Below, piece after piece: positions 30,269-39,110 of a stretch of 64,000 nt of DNA. Every line of letters starts with the position of its first letter. Position 1 is the first letter of the stretch. The notes below the pieces were generated by a model that was not told where the DNA came from, did no database searches, and was given only the letters and a program-made list of their open reading frames with translations. Location: positions 56,915 through 120,914 of the forward strand of contig CBDETK010000008.1 in NCBI GenBank assembly GCA_965242865.1, read 5' to 3'. The position numbers were made by a program, and so were the translations under genes. Source of the DNA: Candidatus Latescibacterota bacterium. Lineage in GTDB: Bacteria > Latescibacterota > UBA2968 > UBA8231.

Positions 30269-31432
30269 ATGCACTACGAGCGAACCCTACGCTTGGATCT
30301 TCCGCGAGGCCAGTCGGCTTTCCTCTGGGGGCCTCGCAAGGTAGGCAAGTCAACGCTGTTGCGCGAGCGATTCCCGGACTCCGCTCGCTTCGACCTGCTG
30401 GACACGCGCCTGATGCTGGAGCTGACGCGTTCCCCATGGGCGCTTTCGGAACGGGTGCGCGCCTTGGAGCCGGGCGTTCGCGCCAGACACATCGTTATCG
30501 ATGAAGTGCAAAAGGTACCGACCGTTCTGGACGAGATCCACCGGTTGATCGAGGACGACGGCCTGAGCTTCGTGCTTTGCGGCTCCAGTGCCAGGAAGCT
30601 GAAGCGCACGGGCTCGAACCTGCTCGGCGGGCGCGCATGGCGCTTCGCCCTCCAGCCGCTAGCTTGGCTGGAGGTGCCGGCGTTCGACATCCTGCAGGCC
30701 GTGAACCGCGGACTGGTCCCGCAACACTATGACAGTGCGCAGCACCGTCGCGCTCTCGCGGGATATGTGGAGGATTACTTGAAGGAGGAGGTGTTCGCCG
30801 AAGGGCTGACGAGGAACGTGGCCGCGTTCGCCCGGTTCTTCGAGACGCTCTCGTTCTGCCACGGCGAATTGGTCAATTACAGCGACATTGCCCGCGACTG
30901 CGGCGTGGATTCCAAGACCGTCCGCGAGTATTTCCAGATTCTCGTCGACACGCTACTCGGAGTCTTCGTGGAGCCGTTCAGCCGCCGTCGCTCGCGCGCG
31001 GTCATCACCCGTGCCCCGAAGTTCTACTTGTTCGATGTCGGGGTCGCGGGCCACCTCGCCGGACGGCGGATCGAGCGTCCGTCCGGCGCGGAGTTTGGGC
31101 GCGCCTTCGAGCACTTCCTGCTGATGGAACTGCTCGCCTATCGCGCTTATCGCGAGCGCGATTTCCCGGTGCGCTTCTGGCGCACCAAGTCGGGACTGGA
31201 ATGCGATTTCGTGCTGGGCGCGGACGGTGCCACGGTGATTGCAGCGAAGGGTGGCGGACGAGTCCGGCCGTCGGAACTTGCGGGAATCCGCGCTTTTGTC
31301 GACGAGCATGAGCCCCGTCACGCCGTGGTGGTGTGCAACGAGAGCGACGCTAGACGGACGCCGGACGGAGTCTGGATATTGCCGTGGCGTCAGTTCCTCG
31401 AACGGCTCTGGGCGGACGAGTTCTTCGATTGA
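30269..31432 (+). CDS. AAA ATPase with DUF4143 C-terminal domain
   Basis: P-loop GPRKVGKSTLL, Walker B IVIDEVQK. The length and C-terminal ...RTKSGLECDFV region are typical of the AAA_14/DUF4143 family. Confidence 0.85.
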   Translation: MHYERTLRLDLPRGQSAFLWGPRKVGKSTLLRERFPDSARFDLLDTRLMLELTRSPWALSERVRALEPGVRARHIVIDEVQKVPTVLDEIHRLIEDDGLSFVLCGSSARKLKRTGSNLLGGRAWRFALQPLAWLEVPAFDILQAVNRGLVPQHYDSAQHRRALAGYVEDYLKEEVFAEGLTRNVAAFARFFETLSFCHGELVNYSDIARDCGVDSKTVREYFQILVDTLLGVFVEPFSRRRSRAVITRAPKFYLFDVGVAGHLAGRRIERPSGAEFGRAFEHFLLMELLAYRAYRERDFPVRFWRTKSGLECDFVLGADGATVIAAKGGGRVRPSELAGIRAFVDEHEPRHAVVVCNESDARRTPDGVWILPWRQFLERLWADEFFD

Positions 31433-31665
31433 CCGACCAGGCTCGGGTATCCGGTCACCAAGCTGCCGAACCATGCGCCGGTGCCGTTGCGCCCCCGGTG
31501 CCGGTGATCGCTTTCCGCTTGATCTTCAACGGTCGTTGCAAAGTTCCGCTCCGAATCCTGCGGTGCTGTCTCGCCGACTCAGGTCGATGTGCGCTGCAAC
31601 CCCAACCAAGCGGGAAGACGGGAGCGGAAGGTGACGCTCCCGTCAAATCGTGCCGCGCCCGAGCC

Positions 31666-34600
31666 CTACGGTGCGGGATTGTAGTCGGCTCCGAACGAGC
31701 CGTAGATCTTGCCGGCGCCGTTGTTCCCGCCGGTGGCGCTCATCCAGTGCCCCGTACCGTATTGAGCACCGGTGCCGATGATCGCCCATGTCCCCATCAC
31801 GGCCAACGGGCCGTCGGGGCCTTGGCCCACGAACATGCCGCTGATTTCCGCGGAAAGATCGATATCCGATTTCGCGACGTTCAAGTAGCCTCTTGCGGGG
31901 CCGCTGAAGAAATCGTCGAAACTGGCCTCCGGAGTCCGCGGGGCGGACCAAACGACGTGAGACTTTTGGTTGCGGGGACCGGAGCCGTCCGGATCCGTAG
32001 CGAATATGCTCCCTGTCGAGAAGCCTCCGACAGCATTCTCCAAGGTGGTTCCGTCCTCAAACTCCAAGACCACCCTGCCGTTGCCCGAAGTCGGCCTTTC
32101 GTACGTCGCGGACACGAGTTCCAACTTGTGTCCCAACCGTCCGTCCGCGTCAGTCCACTCGGAGTTGGCCAGACTGTTCAACTGCGCGAGGCCCGCGGCG
32201 TCCATGGAAACCGAGGATCCGGGGTCCGGCGGATCGCTGGTGTCGAAGAGATTGATGAAATCCTGCCGAGCAACCCCCGGCAGGTTGTCGGCCGCGTTAA
32301 TCGCTCGGCCGTCGCTCGGGCGGTTCCCGCCGCTGTGGTGAACGCGCAACCTCCCCGCGCTTAGTTCTAGCGTGTTGATGTTCCAGAGGGTGTCGTCCCG
32401 GTACCCCTTCAACTCGCCAGGGAGGTCCGCGTACGTGATCTCGACGTCAATGTCGGTCTCCTCGAAGCCGATCTTGCCGCTCGCGTCGGCCCCGATGTCA
32501 GCCCAGAACGTCAGCGTCTCGACATCGAACGTGCCGGGCCTGGACCGCGTGAAGGTATTGTCCGCGGCCCGGTAGTTGATCAAGCCGTGCTGCAGCAAGC
32601 CGAAGCCCCCTCCGGATTCCCGGGCGGTCAGGTCGCTGATGTCGACGCGGAGGTCGCCCGCGACGGTCGCGGCGTCCCATTGCACCCGTGCCGTGACATC
32701 GCCTTCATAGAAGACGGTGTGCTGCATGGCCACCGTTCTCCCCTCGTAAGTCGCCAGCACGCCGGCGGGGTATCTCGACGAGCTGATCGAGTCGTAATCC
32801 GACTGGGCCAGCGGGCTGTAAGCGAACGGCTCGCCGAACTCCTCGATCCTGTGGTAGCCGCTGTAGCTCCCATTCCGCCAGGACGACAGCCGGTGGGCCG
32901 CGTACTGGCTCGTGTGGATCTGCCAGGCTCCCAAGCGGGTATGGTCCGTGGTATCGGTCAGAAACAGGATTCGCGTCGGCGACTTGTTCCACATGATATC
33001 GACCGAAGGATCGACGCCGCTGCCGCTGTCGAACCCGCTATCCGCCTTGCCGTAGAAGATCCCGCCCTCCGCGAAAGCGTCCGCGAAAGCGTCCCGGTTC
33101 TCCAGTGCTGCCAGCACGTCTTCGACCCGGGTGATGACCTCGCGGTCCCTGGCCAGGCCCGCGCTAGTCACCGGGTAATCGCTGTGAGCCGTCCACGCGG
33201 TCGCCGCGTCTCCCTCGAGTGGCGTCGTCTCGGCCGGGTCCAGCACGCCGCTATCCCGGCTCGCGTCCCTGCCCCGCGTGATGAAGTCCTTGCCTCTGTT
33301 GTCCGGGCCCAGCAGATGGCCTCGGATCCAGTTCTGCATCTCGTCGAAGATTCGCTGTCGCTGGTCGTTGGCGAAGCGGGTGTCGTCGGCGCTCGCTTCC
33401 GCGCCGTCCAGGCTGACCACTCTCCGCAACTGGCCGAGCAGCTTGGTGAGCTCTTCCCGGACGACTTGGACATGCGTCGGCGACTTGAACTCGGCCGATG
33501 CGGCGACCCGCACACGAGAATCTCTGGATTGCGGCTCGTACCCGTCCGTGAACAGCCGCTCGCGATCCAGCGTGAACTTGTAGAAATTGCGAGGTTCGTT
33601 CTTGAAGTCGTAAAACTCGTAGCTGCGGTCGTCTCCGAGGTTCCCCAAGCGCAAGTAGCTCGCGACGACGAGGTTGTTGTTCTCGGTGCTGATCGTAGTC
33701 CGCGACTCGGTGATCGCCACTCCCGGCTCTCCTCCCGGATATTCGATCGGCTCTAGATCCGATGCCGGGCGCAACCCGCCGTTTCCCGACCGTCTCGACA
33801 GTACCACCCGTCTGGAGACGCTCGCGGCCGTCGCAAAGTCGGGTTCTGGCGGCGCGGTCGTCGACATCAACGTGCCGTCGTCGCGGGCCGCGCCGAAAAC
33901 AGCTGCCGCTACTTCCAAGGGATTCTGGGACGCGCTGCCTGCCGCTACCGTGCTCCGGAAGGCGGTCACGGCGGCACTCGCCGCCGCAACGGTGTATCCC
34001 GCTCTCCGCAGCGCCGCTTGGAACTGGCTCACGGCCGCCTCGACCGCAGCTTCGTCCGCCGGGTCCAGCGCGGCCTGCTCGCCCAGCCCGGCCGCCGACA
34101 GCGCCAGCCGGAATTGGTCCTCCTCCAAAGGCTCGCCTAGGATGCCCCGGGCCCGGGCCGTGCTGAACGCGTTCGCAGCCGTTCGCGATATGTCCTGATC
34201 CGGAGTGCCTGCCAGCACAGTCTGTCGGAAGGAAAGCGCTACCGTGCGCGCCGCGGCCGGGCCGTAACCGGCCGCCAGCAAAGCTGCTTGGAATCGATTC
34301 ACCACCGCCTCCACGGCGTCGGTGTCCGCCGGGTCCAACGCACTGCCCTCGCCCAGTCCGGCTGCCTCCAGCGCCGTACCGAACAGGGAGCGCTCGCGGG
34401 CCGCCTGCCGGTCCGACGGAATCGGGGCGCGCATCGCCCCGAAGCCGCCCGCCAGGAGCGTGGACCCGCGACTGTCCGCGATCTTCCAGGCCCCAAGCAC
34501 CTGCGCGCCGACATCGACCTCGCGGCCCAGCAGTCGACCGCTGAAATCGCCCTCGACGCCCGTCTCCAGTTCCGGTGCGCCGCCCGGCAGCGAGTAGTAG

Positions 34601-36633
34601 GACAGCCGTACCGCGCCCTCGCGCTCCGCCCAACTGCCGTTGCGCCGCAGGTTCGCTTCCGGCAGCGTGATCGCCTCGACCGCCCCGCCGAAGCCGTACG
34701 TCCAAGCCGCGCCGGTGTCCGTCCGCGCTAGATTCAGCACCACGCCGTCCACTCGTTGCGGCCCGAATCGCACCTGCACGTCCATGTCGCCCGCGTACAA
34801 GACGCCCTTGCTGTCTGCCGCGTAGGTCCCGCCGGTGTAGTAGGCGTTGCCTTGCACTTGGACATGGTTAGCCCTTCGCACGGGCTCCACGGTCGACCAC
34901 GCGAACCCTTGCGCCCGCCGTCCGCTCGACAGTTCCTTGGTCGCGTCAGCCCTCTCCACGTAGCTCGCCGCGCCGTAACGCACGTCTCCAATCACGCTCA
35001 GGGCGGCTTCTGCTGTCCACTCTTCCGCGTCGAAGGCCTTGGCCGCGTTCGCCGCGCTGAGCGTATTGAACCCTCCGATGAAGTCGCTGCCGCCCTGCTC
35101 GGTCGCCGCCGCCAGGCTCTCCGCGCTCGAGAACGCTTCCACTACCCGGTCGAACGAGTCCAGCAGCCGATTCCGGTTGTATTCGCGCTCCAACTCCAAG
35201 TCGTCATCGCCGAAGAACGCCCTCAGATGCCTCTCCGCGCTCGCCCAGTGACGGTCGAGCAGGCTCCTGAAGGTGGCCTGACTGTCCGCGAAGGTCCCGG
35301 CCCGCTCCGTCTCCACGAGCCGCTCCATCTGGCCGCGGATCTTGGTCAGCTCGGTCAGCGTGCTCGCTGCCAGACGCGGTCCCGCCGCGGTAGCCTGCCC
35401 GCTGCCCAGCAGGTCGCCCATGGCGAACTCCGCCTGCACAACCTCCAGCGTCACGCCCGTCTCGTCGATTGCGGTCTTGCGGTCGTCCGTGCTCAGCATC
35501 GGCAATTCGTTGGCGCCCGCAGCGTCCTCCTTCATGGCCGTGCCCTCAGCCATCGGCAGGTCGTAGCGCATGCCCGAGAACATGCCCTCGGCGTCCATTG
35601 CCACGCGATACAGCGCGCCGTACAAGGAGATGTTGCCGCTGCCGTCGGCCGGCAGCGTGACGCCGGTCGCGCCTGCTACCGAGTAGCCCCCGCTGTCCTC
35701 GTCGCGCGTCACCTGCAGATCCGTGCCCGCGACCTGCAGAGCCTCCGGCGCGTACTCGGCCGTCCAGACGCCGTCGGCCAGAGTCAGCGTGTAGGCGTTG
35801 GTGTCGCCCGCTTGGTTCTCCGCCTCGACGGTGCCGCCCGACGCCACGGTCCGCTCGCCCATCTGCCACGAGCCGTCCTCGGATCGCGACACCGTCGCCG
35901 AGCCGCCTTCGGCGCCCAGCGCCAGCGTCTGCACAGTGGCCCTGTAGGTGCCCACCCAGCCACCGCGCTCGGTGCGCTCCAGCGCGTACTCGTTGCCGTT
36001 CGCGGTGACGATCGCCCCCGCCATCACGGTCATGCCGTCCGCGTCCTGGAAGGTGTCGTCCTCTTGTCGATACAGCGTCAGCGTGCCGCCCAGCTGGCCT
36101 AGCGCTGCCGTCACGGCCTCCGGCACGTACACGGCCATGGGCACGCCATCCTCTCCCAGCTCAACGCCGTAAGTGTTGCCGTTCTCGGTGGTGTAACGTG
36201 TTTCGGCGGTGATGGTCGTGCCGTCGGGGAGCGCGTAGGAGCCGTCCTCTTGGCGGGTGATGATGACCAATTCGCCTCTGGTCCCCAGCGGAACGGTCAC
36301 TTCAACCGGGTTGTAGGTCGCCGCCCACGTACCGTCCTCGCTCATGCTGAGGGTGTAGCTGTTGCCGTTCGAGCTGGTCGTCATGGTCTCGCCGGATATG
36401 ACCGGTGCGCCGTCCAGCGTGTAGCCGCCGGATTCGGTGGGCATCAAGGTCACCGACTCGTCGCTGGAGCCGAGTGCGACCTCCACGGCGTGTGAGTGGG
36501 ACCGTGCCGGGGGACCGGTTACAGCGCCTTGCTCGTCAACCCCGAGCGCTGCCGGACAAAGTGCCAGCACGATGCATGGTGCGAGAAGGGATCGCCCCCC
36601 CCCATTTCTGTGCCCGAGTCGAAAGATCGTCAT
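31666..36633 (-). CDS. Giant (1655 aa) secreted/surface protein with two TbpB/fHbp-like beta-barrel modules
   Basis: One uninterrupted ORF. Signal peptide with a possible lipobox-like LALC. Five ~60-aa N-terminal repeats. Barrel signatures at 34424..34860 and 31669..32760, ending GGFGAMR and YGSFGADY. See findings. Confidence 0.85.
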   Translation of the reverse strand: MTIFRLGHRNGGGRSLLAPCIVLALCPAALGVDEQGAVTGPPARSHSHAVEVALGSSDESVTLMPTESGGYTLDGAPVISGETMTTSSNGNSYTLSMSEDGTWAATYNPVEVTVPLGTRGELVIITRQEDGSYALPDGTTITAETRYTTENGNTYGVELGEDGVPMAVYVPEAVTAALGQLGGTLTLYRQEDDTFQDADGMTVMAGAIVTANGNEYALERTERGGWVGTYRATVQTLALGAEGGSATVSRSEDGSWQMGERTVASGGTVEAENQAGDTNAYTLTLADGVWTAEYAPEALQVAGTDLQVTRDEDSGGYSVAGATGVTLPADGSGNISLYGALYRVAMDAEGMFSGMRYDLPMAEGTAMKEDAAGANELPMLSTDDRKTAIDETGVTLEVVQAEFAMGDLLGSGQATAAGPRLAASTLTELTKIRGQMERLVETERAGTFADSQATFRSLLDRHWASAERHLRAFFGDDDLELEREYNRNRLLDSFDRVVEAFSSAESLAAATEQGGSDFIGGFNTLSAANAAKAFDAEEWTAEAALSVIGDVRYGAASYVERADATKELSSGRRAQGFAWSTVEPVRRANHVQVQGNAYYTGGTYAADSKGVLYAGDMDVQVRFGPQRVDGVVLNLARTDTGAAWTYGFGGAVEAITLPEANLRRNGSWAEREGAVRLSYYSLPGGAPELETGVEGDFSGRLLGREVDVGAQVLGAWKIADSRGSTLLAGGFGAMRAPIPSDRQAARERSLFGTALEAAGLGEGSALDPADTDAVEAVVNRFQAALLAAGYGPAAARTVALSFRQTVLAGTPDQDISRTAANAFSTARARGILGEPLEEDQFRLALSAAGLGEQAALDPADEAAVEAAVSQFQAALRRAGYTVAAASAAVTAFRSTVAAGSASQNPLEVAAAVFGAARDDGTLMSTTAPPEPDFATAASVSRRVVLSRRSGNGGLRPASDLEPIEYPGGEPGVAITESRTTISTENNNLVVASYLRLGNLGDDRSYEFYDFKNEPRNFYKFTLDRERLFTDGYEPQSRDSRVRVAASAEFKSPTHVQVVREELTKLLGQLRRVVSLDGAEASADDTRFANDQRQRIFDEMQNWIRGHLLGPDNRGKDFITRGRDASRDSGVLDPAETTPLEGDAATAWTAHSDYPVTSAGLARDREVITRVEDVLAALENRDAFADAFAEGGIFYGKADSGFDSGSGVDPSVDIMWNKSPTRILFLTDTTDHTRLGAWQIHTSQYAAHRLSSWRNGSYSGYHRIEEFGEPFAYSPLAQSDYDSISSSRYPAGVLATYEGRTVAMQHTVFYEGDVTARVQWDAATVAGDLRVDISDLTARESGGGFGLLQHGLINYRAADNTFTRSRPGTFDVETLTFWADIGADASGKIGFEETDIDVEITYADLPGELKGYRDDTLWNINTLELSAGRLRVHHSGGNRPSDGRAINAADNLPGVARQDFINLFDTSDPPDPGSSVSMDAAGLAQLNSLANSEWTDADGRLGHKLELVSATYERPTSGNGRVVLEFEDGTTLENAVGGFSTGSIFATDPDGSGPRNQKSHVVWSAPRTPEASFDDFFSGPARGYLNVAKSDIDLSAEISGMFVGQGPDGPLAVMGTWAIIGTGAQYGTGHWMSATGGNNGAGKIYGSFGADYNPAP
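33870..34395 (-). repeat. In-frame tandem duplication, 2 x ~270 nt (90 aa), inside the giant gene
   Basis: ALEAAGLGEGSALDPADTDAVEAVVNRFQAALLAAGY... versus ALSAAGLGEQAALDPADEAAVEAAVSQFQAALRRAGY.... The string gtccgccgggtcca recurs at 34324 and 34054. Confidence 0.75.
35580..36495 (-). repeat. Five degenerate ~60-aa coding repeats at the N-terminus of the giant protein
   Basis: Recurring pattern V.V.LG..G.L.....EDGS(Y/W) ... T.NGN.Y.L...EDG.W.A.Y.P, read in the translation. Confidence 0.65.
36595..36603 (-). repeat. G9 homopolymer in codons 11-13 of the giant gene (C9 on the + strand)
   Basis: Coding strand reads AAT GGG GGG GGG CGA (N G G G R). Confidence 0.95.
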
Positions 36634-36680
36634 TGCTGAACCTACACAAGCCCTGTTTCAGTCATCACCAGAAACTGCTC

Positions 36681-36692
36681 GGGGGGGGGGGG
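36681..36692 (-). repeat. C12 homopolymer 48-59 nt upstream of the giant-gene ATG (G12 on the + strand)
   Basis: Read directly: ctc gggggggggggg tgaag. Confidence 0.95.
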
Positions 36693-37316
36693 TGAAGACT
36701 GACACTTTCCCCGACCTTCTCCCGATCGCGCCTGCGCTCCTCGCGAAAGCCCGACTCTTGATATTGTAGACTGATCGTGCGGAGCATTGTCAACTCTACT
36801 GCATCCGGGCGGTACAGGGGATGGCAATCCGAATATCAAAACTTTGTAAAGAATCTGATCAAGAGTGAAATCTGCCCATCGCTCGCCAGTCCGCCGATGC
36901 GGAAAATCGAATGTCTGGACAATCGGCTTGGAGGAACCGCAGGGGCGAGACTTCGCAACTAGAAGCTAGACCTACTTCTATTCGGGACGAACGATCCGGC
37001 GAGACAGCTTGTGGTATACGGGGTGTCTTGGCCGTAGCGCGCACCGGGGATTTGATCGCCGAGACAATGAGAAAGCCATGCACGACGCGTCAAGGCCGCA
37101 AGAAGCCTAGCCAATGACGAAGGGGACGAACCACGTTTGACCGTCGGTCCGGAGTGATTCGTCGGAGTGCGCGGGGGCGGGCAATGCCTCGTGTTTTCAA
37201 TCGTCGACGCGGCGGGACTCAGACGAGTTAACCCGCAGGGCCCGGTTGGTTCGATGACGCGACGGAATATCGCAGTTGCACGAATTGCGCCGCAGAGCAC
37301 GTGCCCTCCCGATGCC

Positions 37317-38807
37317 TCACAGTTCGGCGAGTTCCGGATTCTCGGCGGCCCATTCCAAGAAGTCCTCGACGGTATAGAACGTCTCGTGCCTGTACAGCCG
37401 GCCCCGGTCCTCGACCGGCACTGTCCAGTCGTGGTCCCACGAGTCTCCCGTGCGCTCCATCCAGTCCGCAATCTTTCCTTCGAGCTCGGCTTGGATTGCC
37501 GCCGCCTCGGGCTTGTCAACCAGGTTGTTTAGTTCGTAGGGATCCGCATCGAGGTCATAGAGAACCCAAGGAGCCTCCCTCGTGCGGGCGTACATGTAAC
37601 GCTTGGTTCGGACCCCGCGCCAACCCGCGTCGACGCCTCCCGAGATGTACGGCCCGAGGATCTGGAAGTAAGCGGATTCCGGCCCGCTCTCGGACTCGCC
37701 GAGAATGACCGCCGACAGATCGCTGCCCTGCATCGCCGGATCGGGGTCCAAGCCGCATAGCGAAAGGAGGGTAGGGGCCATGTCGACATGCGAGAACAGC
37801 TCGTCCGTCACGCGACCGCCCGGAGCCCGCGGGTGCCGCACGATGCCCGGCACATTGATCGATTCCTCCCAAGGCTTGCGCTTCAGGCGCGCTCCCTGCG
37901 AACCGAGCATGTCTCCGTGGTCCGAGGAAACGACCACGATCGTGTTCTCCCGCAAGCCCAGAGCGTCCAGTTCGGCCATGAGCCGGCCGACTTCGACGTC
38001 AAGCGCCGTGATCATGGCGTAGTAGGCCGTGATTTCCTTGCGGCCCGGTATCCTGCGATTCGGATTCGACTCCGGATCGGGAGTCGATTCCTCGCCCTTG
38101 TAATTGGGGCGGAGCGTGATCGCTTCCGGGTCGTACATCGCCATGTAGTCCTCCGGCGCGATGTAGGGGTTGTGGGGCGGACCCATCTGAACGGTCAGGA
38201 AGAACGGACGCTTGTCTTCGCGGGTCTGCTGCAGGAACTCGATGCCCAGATCCGCCCAGACCTCGGCCTCGAACCGCTTGATCGGGATGGGCTCCGGATC
38301 GTCGCGGAAGTATTGCGTGTCGAAATGCCGGTGGCTGACTTCGTTGGCTGCCCAGAACTCGAAGCCTTGGCGGCGCGGTCCGGGCGGGATCCAGCCTGGC
38401 TGGCGCGGCCCGCCGTCCAGGTGCCACTTGCCGATAAAGCCCGTCCTGTAGCCGGCCTCAGCGAAAAGCTCGGCAACGCTCGTTTCGGACTCGCGCAAGC
38501 GGAGGTCGTTGGCGACCATGCCGTTGGCATGGGCGTACTTGCCGGTGAGGATGATCGCTCGCGCCGGGCAGCACACCGGTGTGTTGGCGAGATGATTGCG
38601 GAACAAGAGCCCTTCGGAGGCCAGCTTGTCCAGGTGGGGTGACTTGACGTCGGGGTTGCCCATGCACCCCATCGCGTGAGCCCGCATCTGATCGGGGAAC
38701 AGGAACAGGACGTTGAGCGGTGCGTCCGGTCCTTTGGAACCGGATCCGCAGGCGAGGGTTCCCAGCAGGGCTCCGCCCGAGGCCATGAAGTCACGTCGCG
38801 TCAGCAT
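37317..38807 (-). CDS. Sulfatase (formylglycine-dependent), Tat signal
   Basis: MLTRRDFMASGG twin-arginine leader. CCPARAIILTG sulfatase signature. FPDQMRAH metal site. Confidence 0.9.
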   Translation of the reverse strand: MLTRRDFMASGGALLGTLACGSGSKGPDAPLNVLFLFPDQMRAHAMGCMGNPDVKSPHLDKLASEGLLFRNHLANTPVCCPARAIILTGKYAHANGMVANDLRLRESETSVAELFAEAGYRTGFIGKWHLDGGPRQPGWIPPGPRRQGFEFWAANEVSHRHFDTQYFRDDPEPIPIKRFEAEVWADLGIEFLQQTREDKRPFFLTVQMGPPHNPYIAPEDYMAMYDPEAITLRPNYKGEESTPDPESNPNRRIPGRKEITAYYAMITALDVEVGRLMAELDALGLRENTIVVVSSDHGDMLGSQGARLKRKPWEESINVPGIVRHPRAPGGRVTDELFSHVDMAPTLLSLCGLDPDPAMQGSDLSAVILGESESGPESAYFQILGPYISGGVDAGWRGVRTKRYMYARTREAPWVLYDLDADPYELNNLVDKPEAAAIQAELEGKIADWMERTGDSWDHDWTVPVEDRGRLYRHETFYTVEDFLEWAAENPELAEL

Positions 38808-38897
38808 GCGGTAAAGATTCTAGCGCGGCAAGGCGGTTGGCACACTCGCGAGCATCGCTCGCAGACCCGTCGCACGTCACACTCGCTGCATTGATCC

Positions 38898-39110
38898 TCA
38901 ACGCTTCCGGTACTTCGCAAGCAGTGCCTCCCGTCCGCGCTGCGCCTCTTCGAGACTGCGGTATTTGAAGACCCCCTTAGGGAGGGATCGCGGTGCCATC
39001 TCGCGCAGGGTCTGGTTGTGGCGGATGAAGTGCTCGAAGCAGTCCGTCCGCCGGCGGGGGACCGGCACGGCATTCATCTCCTCGAGCGACCGAAATCGCT
39101 GCACGCCCAT
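38898..39110 (-). CDS. Small conserved-looking hypothetical protein (70 aa), coupled to the upstream NTase-fold gene
   Basis: ATG 39110 directly abuts the TAG (39111-39113) of the upstream gene. Internal repeat GVQRFRSLEEMN / GVFKYRSLEEAQ. Confidence 0.45.
   Translation of the reverse strand: MGVQRFRSLEEMNAVPVPRRRTDCFEHFIRHNQTLREMAPRSLPKGVFKYRSLEEAQRGREALLAKYRKR

Noticed and set aside
33251-36102. ORFs 33251..34705(-), 34756..36102(+), 32587..33756(+) inside the giant gene
   Set aside because: Alternate-frame or antisense ORFs with extreme Arg/Gly/Pro content. The 1655-aa frame has the signal peptide, repeats and domain signatures.
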